Shown in pieces: positions 27,239 through 32,000 of a stretch of DNA of 32,000 nt. Under the pieces are notes generated by a model. That model saw only the letters and a program-made list of their open reading frames with translations, searched no databases and was not told where the DNA came from. Made by a program: the position numbers and the translations under genes. The stretch's first letter is position 1; every line of letters starts with the position of its first letter. Source of the DNA: Trichodesmium erythraeum IMS101 (GTDB lineage: Bacteria > Cyanobacteriota > Cyanobacteriia > Cyanobacteriales > Microcoleaceae); NCBI RefSeq assembly GCF_000014265.1, contig NC_008312.1, positions 1,260,001-1,292,000 of the forward strand, in the 5' to 3' direction.

Positions 27239-29170
27239 ATGGCAAGACTTCAGAAATATAAGTTGAGATTTGCCCTTGTAGTTAGCATCAGTTTACTATT
27301 AGTATTTCTACTCTTTCCTGTCCAAGCTAAAGATACAACCAGTGTCAAAGTTCCAGTAGTATTAGATGGTCGAGAATTGTTAGAAGTTGGTGCTTTAGGA
27401 AAACTGACAGCTCAGGAGAGAGCTAAATTTACGACATCAATTCTCAAGTCAGCCTTAGCAGATAGTATTGAACGAGGAACACCTCCAGATGTGAAAGTGG
27501 TTCGCTCTAATCAAAATGTGCTATTGAAAGTCGATAGTCGCCCCTTAGTGGAGATAGCAGAAGATACCTTCAACTCCATGTACTCCGAAATGCAGGTGCA
27601 AATGTGGCAGAAACAACTGCAGCAGGGTTTGGAAAAAAGTTGGCGGGAACGCACACCAGCTTATACCCGTTGGGCAGTCAAAATGCTGACTATTGCGTTT
27701 TTAATTACTCTGTTGCTTCAGGGGGGACTCGTATTGCTGTTTCGTTATGTTCTACGCCAGAAGATAAAAAATCCTCACAGACGCGGGGGTTCTTTACGAC
27801 TATTAGGTTTGGTATTATTGCAAATAGCAATATGGGCGATATTTATCAATTATGGAGTTCAATTATTTCCCATCACTAGAGGCTGGTTTTACGAGATTTT
27901 TCAACTTTTAGACAATACATTTAATGCCAGAATGTTTCAGTTGGGAGAAGAAACCATTTCTCTCAACCGAATATTAACTATCGCCCTCACTATCGCTGCA
28001 CTTTGGATCGGAGTAGGTTGGCTTGTTAGTATCCTCAAATCTCGCTTGCTTCCCCTCACAGGAGCAGAAACCAGTCACCAAGATACAATTGCTTTTTTTC
28101 TTCAATACGGACTGCTATCCGTAGGAGCACTCCTAATTCTCAATGCTGGAGGGGTAGATTTTCAATCTCTAGCTCTCTTACTGGGAGCCCTTGGAGTTGG
28201 TATTGGTTTTGGATTACAAAATATTGTTAAAGACTTCATTTGTGGGTTAATTTTAATTGTTGCCCGTCCGATAAAAGTTGGAGAGTTGGTTCAGGTAGGA
28301 AATTTTCAAGGTTTAGTTCAACGCATCGGTGCTAGAACTACTGATATTTCTAATGTCGAACGCTATATTATTACTATTCCTAATTCTCGCTTTATTGAAG
28401 GGGAAGTTCTCAACTGGAACCGCAGTGGTATAACTAGAGTAAAAGCTTATGTGAAAATTCCTTATGGAACAGATATTGATTTTGTCTACAAAGTTCTACT
28501 TGCTGCGGCACAAGTGGAACATCCAGATATTCTCCGCCATCCTCCACCCAAAGTAAAATTTCGGGAATATGTAGAGAATGGGTTGCAGTTTCGGATGGTG
28601 GCTTTTATCCGCGATCCTCTTAAGCAACTAGAGGTGAGAACCCACCTGTACAAACAAATAGAAAAATATTTACGAAAGTATGGAGTTGAAGTTGCTCGCC
28701 GCCGACAAGATATACATCTCAAAGACCTCGATCCTGAAATCTATGGTGGAGAGCGATCGCAAACTTCTGCAGAAGATCGACTTCTTTCTCAAGAGATGCT
28801 ATCTATTGAACCACCATCTATTAAAGAAGAGTACGACTGGGAGGCGATATCTACTGCCATGGGTGGAGAGAATGGAGTTTCTATCAAAGATAGACGGTTT
28901 CACTTTAAGATCTTCAAAAATGTCTTTTTAGGTTCGGAGGCAGTAGAGTGGTTAATGATTAATGAACGAGCTACTAGGGAAGAAGCTATTCTGATGGGGG
29001 AGTTAATGTTGCAACAGGGGATAATTCACCACGTTTTGGATGAACATAATTTTAAGGATGAGCCTCTTTTTTATCGCTTTTATAATCATGAAGTTGAAGC
29101 CAATATTAATACTAATGCTAATGGCTCGGAGCATGGAATTGATTCAAAGTTACAAGATGATGCTGAATAA
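27239..29170 (+). CDS. MscS-family mechanosensitive channel with N-terminal exported domain and C-terminal DEP domain
   Basis: Signal-like N-terminus, multiple TM helices, and an MscS pore/beta-domain signature (LGALGVGIGFGLQNIVKDFICGLILIVARPIKVGELVQV...G.V..I..R.T). The C-terminus IKDRRFHFKIFKNVFLGSEAVEWLMINERATREEAILMGELMLQQGIIHHVLDEHNFKDEPLFYRFY fits the DEP consensus. Confidence 0.85.
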   Translation: MARLQKYKLRFALVVSISLLLVFLLFPVQAKDTTSVKVPVVLDGRELLEVGALGKLTAQERAKFTTSILKSALADSIERGTPPDVKVVRSNQNVLLKVDSRPLVEIAEDTFNSMYSEMQVQMWQKQLQQGLEKSWRERTPAYTRWAVKMLTIAFLITLLLQGGLVLLFRYVLRQKIKNPHRRGGSLRLLGLVLLQIAIWAIFINYGVQLFPITRGWFYEIFQLLDNTFNARMFQLGEETISLNRILTIALTIAALWIGVGWLVSILKSRLLPLTGAETSHQDTIAFFLQYGLLSVGALLILNAGGVDFQSLALLLGALGVGIGFGLQNIVKDFICGLILIVARPIKVGELVQVGNFQGLVQRIGARTTDISNVERYIITIPNSRFIEGEVLNWNRSGITRVKAYVKIPYGTDIDFVYKVLLAAAQVEHPDILRHPPPKVKFREYVENGLQFRMVAFIRDPLKQLEVRTHLYKQIEKYLRKYGVEVARRRQDIHLKDLDPEIYGGERSQTSAEDRLLSQEMLSIEPPSIKEEYDWEAISTAMGGENGVSIKDRRFHFKIFKNVFLGSEAVEWLMINERATREEAILMGELMLQQGIIHHVLDEHNFKDEPLFYRFYNHEVEANINTNANGSEHGIDSKLQDDAE

Positions 29171-29780
29171 TAATTTTTTTTCTGGTTCTATTCTTTGATC
29201 AAGAGTAAGATCATGTCCGGATAATGAGTTATCAAAAAGTATATGGTTTGTAGTAGGGCTTTAGCTCTAGGAGTGTCACGTTGGCATACTTTTCTGTATA
29301 TGGCGTGTGCAGTAGAGATACATGGAATAAGAGTGTATTTTAGCTCAAAATTAAGTCCGATAAGTGAATTAAAAATGCCTTTACAAATGTGAAAGTAGAA
29401 TCTTCAAACTGTAGTGAATAAATTGATTATTTTAGTCAGAGGAGGTAGTAGACTAAATTTTATTGATCCCAACTTCTTTTTGGTATTTCTGGAATTACCG
29501 AAAAAAGCGATCGCTCATAAAGCAAAGACAATTTTTCGGACTAATTCAGTTTCTAGTTTATCCCTAATACTTACTAAACCAGAACAATAATCAAATAGTT
29601 TTTTCCCTGATTCTGTTGAAAGGTCTCAAAATACTCCCAGTGCCGCGTTCCACAACTAAAATAATAACAATGTAACAGCACCTCAGCCCATTTCAGTCGG
29701 GTACATTAATGAAATGTAATACACCGCAGTATCAGTAGCGTTTGTCAAGAGAATATCACCCACCGCCATCCCAATAACAA

Positions 29781-31256
29781 TCAATTCAAAGCTCCCATAA
29801 AAAACGGACGAAATAACTCACAAGAGAGACTTGCAAGATTACCTTTGAGGCGAACTAATCCCATCTTTTGCAACTGATAACCAAGAGATAGTTGGATTTT
29901 TATCGGTTTGGGGTTGTTGACAATTTTAGTAAAAATCGGCAATAATTCGTGGTAGTGTTGCAGGTTCCACCATTGTTGTTGTAAATGTTCTGCATAAAGA
30001 ACAGTTAGACTATCAGAATTTTCTAAAATTGCTTCTAGGGTTATAGTCTGTTGGTATAGAGAATAAAATGCTAACTGCAAACGATAGGGATGTCCGCCAA
30101 GAATAGTAATTAATTGCTGGATTTGTGATTCGGTTATTTCTTGTTGGTAGCGCTGTGCTAGCTCCTGCACTTGAGCTGGGGTAAATTCAGGTAAATTGAT
30201 GAGTGTTCCAGTATTCAATAGGGAGGGATTAATTGAGGAAGGCATCATAATTTCTGTAGAATAAATTGTCAGCAGTCGTAGTTTTTGCCAAGGATGACTT
30301 TCTGTTTCCCCTGCTTGAGTTCTCCCAGACCAAGCTCGCAGAAGTTGGAGAAATTCACAAGCAATATCGGGGTAAGTAAAAAGCTGATTGAGTTCATCAA
30401 TAGCTATTACTAGAGGGCGATCGCTTTGGGTTAAGATGATATCATTTAAATAGTCAGTAGCGATTGATTTGTTACCCAAAGAATTCTGCCAAAAAGCGGT
30501 TATCTGCTCATGGTAAATTGCTTGATTTGAGTGGGCTTGAGACAATTTTAACTCCTGAGTAACTCTAGCACAGAACCATTGCAGGAAGCTTTCTAGGTTC
30601 TGTAAAATTTTGAGGTCAACGAGTTGCAAATTCAGATAAAAGGTTTGATACCCCAGGGATTTAGCGAAAGCAATGATGCGGCTCATTAGGGAGGTTTTAC
30701 CCATTTGCTTGGGGGCGCAGATGTTCAAAAGTGTACCTGGTTGCTGGATGCTTTTGTTACAAAGGGATTGGATTATAGGACGGTCAATGTAAAAGACAGA
30801 ATCAATAGGCATCTGTCCTCCCGGTGTTTTTGGCAGATGAGATTGTAGCTTTTGTTGTGGTTTAACCATGTTTTTGCCTTGGGGGCTATTGTTCTGATAG
30901 GGCAGCAGATGCAAAGAAGAGCTGTAGGTTAGTTTTGGGAAGAAGCAGGTTTTGGCTAGTGGTATGGGGTTAATCTCCTCTAAATTCTCTTGATTGGACT
31001 GTAGGTAAACATAGTCTTCTCTTGTTAAGGTTAGATTAAAAGCCTGGAAGCAGCACTTCAAGGTACGTTTATCAACTCCTGATGAGCAGGTAAAGACTTT
31101 GCTGATGGTATTGGGGGTTAAGCCGATTTTTTCACTAAGAGATTCAAGAGTATATCGCTGATTTTGCTGAACTTCTAAGTCTGATTTAGTCTTAATAAGT
31201 TTTCTACAACCTTGAGAACTAAGGATGACACCTCTTCGACGTATAGATTTTGTCAT
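29781..31256 (-). CDS. AAA_35-like (STAND-type) ATPase with N-terminal helix-turn-helix
   Basis: N-terminal HTH-like region (YTLESLSEKIGLTPNTISKVF), Walker A APKQMGKTSL, Walker B LVIAIDELN. This architecture is common in filamentous cyanobacteria. Confidence 0.7.
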   Translation of the reverse strand: MTKSIRRRGVILSSQGCRKLIKTKSDLEVQQNQRYTLESLSEKIGLTPNTISKVFTCSSGVDKRTLKCCFQAFNLTLTREDYVYLQSNQENLEEINPIPLAKTCFFPKLTYSSSLHLLPYQNNSPQGKNMVKPQQKLQSHLPKTPGGQMPIDSVFYIDRPIIQSLCNKSIQQPGTLLNICAPKQMGKTSLMSRIIAFAKSLGYQTFYLNLQLVDLKILQNLESFLQWFCARVTQELKLSQAHSNQAIYHEQITAFWQNSLGNKSIATDYLNDIILTQSDRPLVIAIDELNQLFTYPDIACEFLQLLRAWSGRTQAGETESHPWQKLRLLTIYSTEIMMPSSINPSLLNTGTLINLPEFTPAQVQELAQRYQQEITESQIQQLITILGGHPYRLQLAFYSLYQQTITLEAILENSDSLTVLYAEHLQQQWWNLQHYHELLPIFTKIVNNPKPIKIQLSLGYQLQKMGLVRLKGNLASLSCELFRPFFMGALN

Positions 31257-31541
31257 TGTTGTTATATTCAGGATGTAATATAGTTATAATTTTAGTAAAA
31301 GTAAAATACACCCTAGTATTCATGCTTGATTTATACTTACATAATACTACTATATGTCAATAAATTTATTATCCTTATCAAGAATAAGTCAAACAATGGA
31401 TAGTGTAGCAGAGGTATACAAAGTAATAGTCGAAAAAATTTTCAGGTAACTATTTCAGAAAATGATTGTCAACTTCCGGAATAAATTAATTAATTTTTTT
31501 CTGACTTCTAATTATAGCCATGAGCGCTCACATATTTACAT

Positions 31542-31929
31542 CAGGACTTACGCAGGTAAGCTATTACTATTATACATATTACACTAGTAGCACTTTGTAA
31601 CATGTAAATATACCAGCGCACGTTGCTATATGAAGCGGGAAGTAAAGTGCTTAACTTTTTAACTTGGGAAAATTATCAAGTTAAGCAATTTCCTCTCCCA
31701 TTGGTGATATTATTAAGTTTTCGATAGTCTGAAATTTATACTGGGAGATACTCTGGGGAATTGATAGTACTAAGTTCTTAACTTTTTTCTTAAATTGGTA
31801 AACTTTGGTTGTGTTTACGGTAGAACGCCAACTAATGTATGAAGCATAGCCTATAAGAAGCTAAATCGCTAAATCGCTAAATAGATAAATCTTTATGGGT
31901 GTATATATAGTGTCTTTGCGTAAGTCCTG
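31542..31929. repeat. 13-bp inverted-repeat pair bounding a ~390-bp non-coding segment (MITE-like candidate)
   Basis: CAGGACTTACGCA (31542-31554) and its exact reverse complement TGCGTAAGTCCTG (31917-31929). The interior has no ORF and contains the short direct repeat ctaaatcgctaaatcgctaaat. Confidence 0.25.
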
Positions 31930-31959
31930 TTTATAAGATAAGGAGAAACAAATATTATT

Positions 31960-32000
31960 ATGGATAAGAATACACCAATCTATATAGCTATTTCTGGGGG
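31960..32000 (+). CDS. Possible 5' end of a CDS running off the window (MDKNTPIYIAISGG...)
   Basis: ATG at 31960 preceded by AGGAG (31941-31945; the 14-nt spacing is rather long). Only 13 codons are visible. Confidence 0.25.
   Translation, partial: MDKNTPIYIAISG

Noticed and set aside
20905-29265. The 10-mer AGGGCTTTAG occurs three times (about 20905, 24012, 29254), twice just upstream of gene starts
   Set aside because: With about 64,000 10-mer positions on both strands, dozens of triplicated 10-mers are expected by chance. The flanks share no extended similarity.

Overview
Cyanobacterial chromosome segment: 16 HIP1 octamers (GCGATCGC), AT-rich, only about 56% coding by my CDS calls. The left 12.4 kb holds a [NiFe]-hydrogenase maturation cluster, hypF(partial)-hypC-hypD-hypE-hypA...hypB. 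All six ORFs look intact, but the cluster is unusually fragmented. It contains a decayed tandem copy of the hypC 5' end, a 388-bp hypC-hypD spacer and a 1.4-kb non-coding hypD-hypE spacer. An oppositely oriented, enteric-type mglBAC galactose/glucose ABC transporter operon sits between hypA and hypB. The stand-out feature is in the centre: a 2.8-kb array of 13 tandem copies of a 211/229-bp non-coding unit (12830-15655). It is followed by a gene for a 634-aa internally duplicated RTX-like Ca-binding protein, then about 3.7 more diverged copies of the same unit (17985-18850). Each unit carries promoter-like hexamers, a conserved hairpin and SD-preceded micro-ORFs. It therefore looks like a multi-copy small-RNA (or micropeptide) locus, or a bacterial satellite, rather than a CRISPR array or an IS. 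I could not assign it to a known family from memory. The right 13 kb carries ordinary genes: a GT2 glycosyltransferase, TenA, a decayed TnpB relic, a pentapeptide-repeat membrane protein, def, a small membrane protein, a lipoprotein, an MscS channel fused to a DEP domain, and an HTH-AAA_35 ATPase. All homology calls come from motif recognition by eye; no searches were run.
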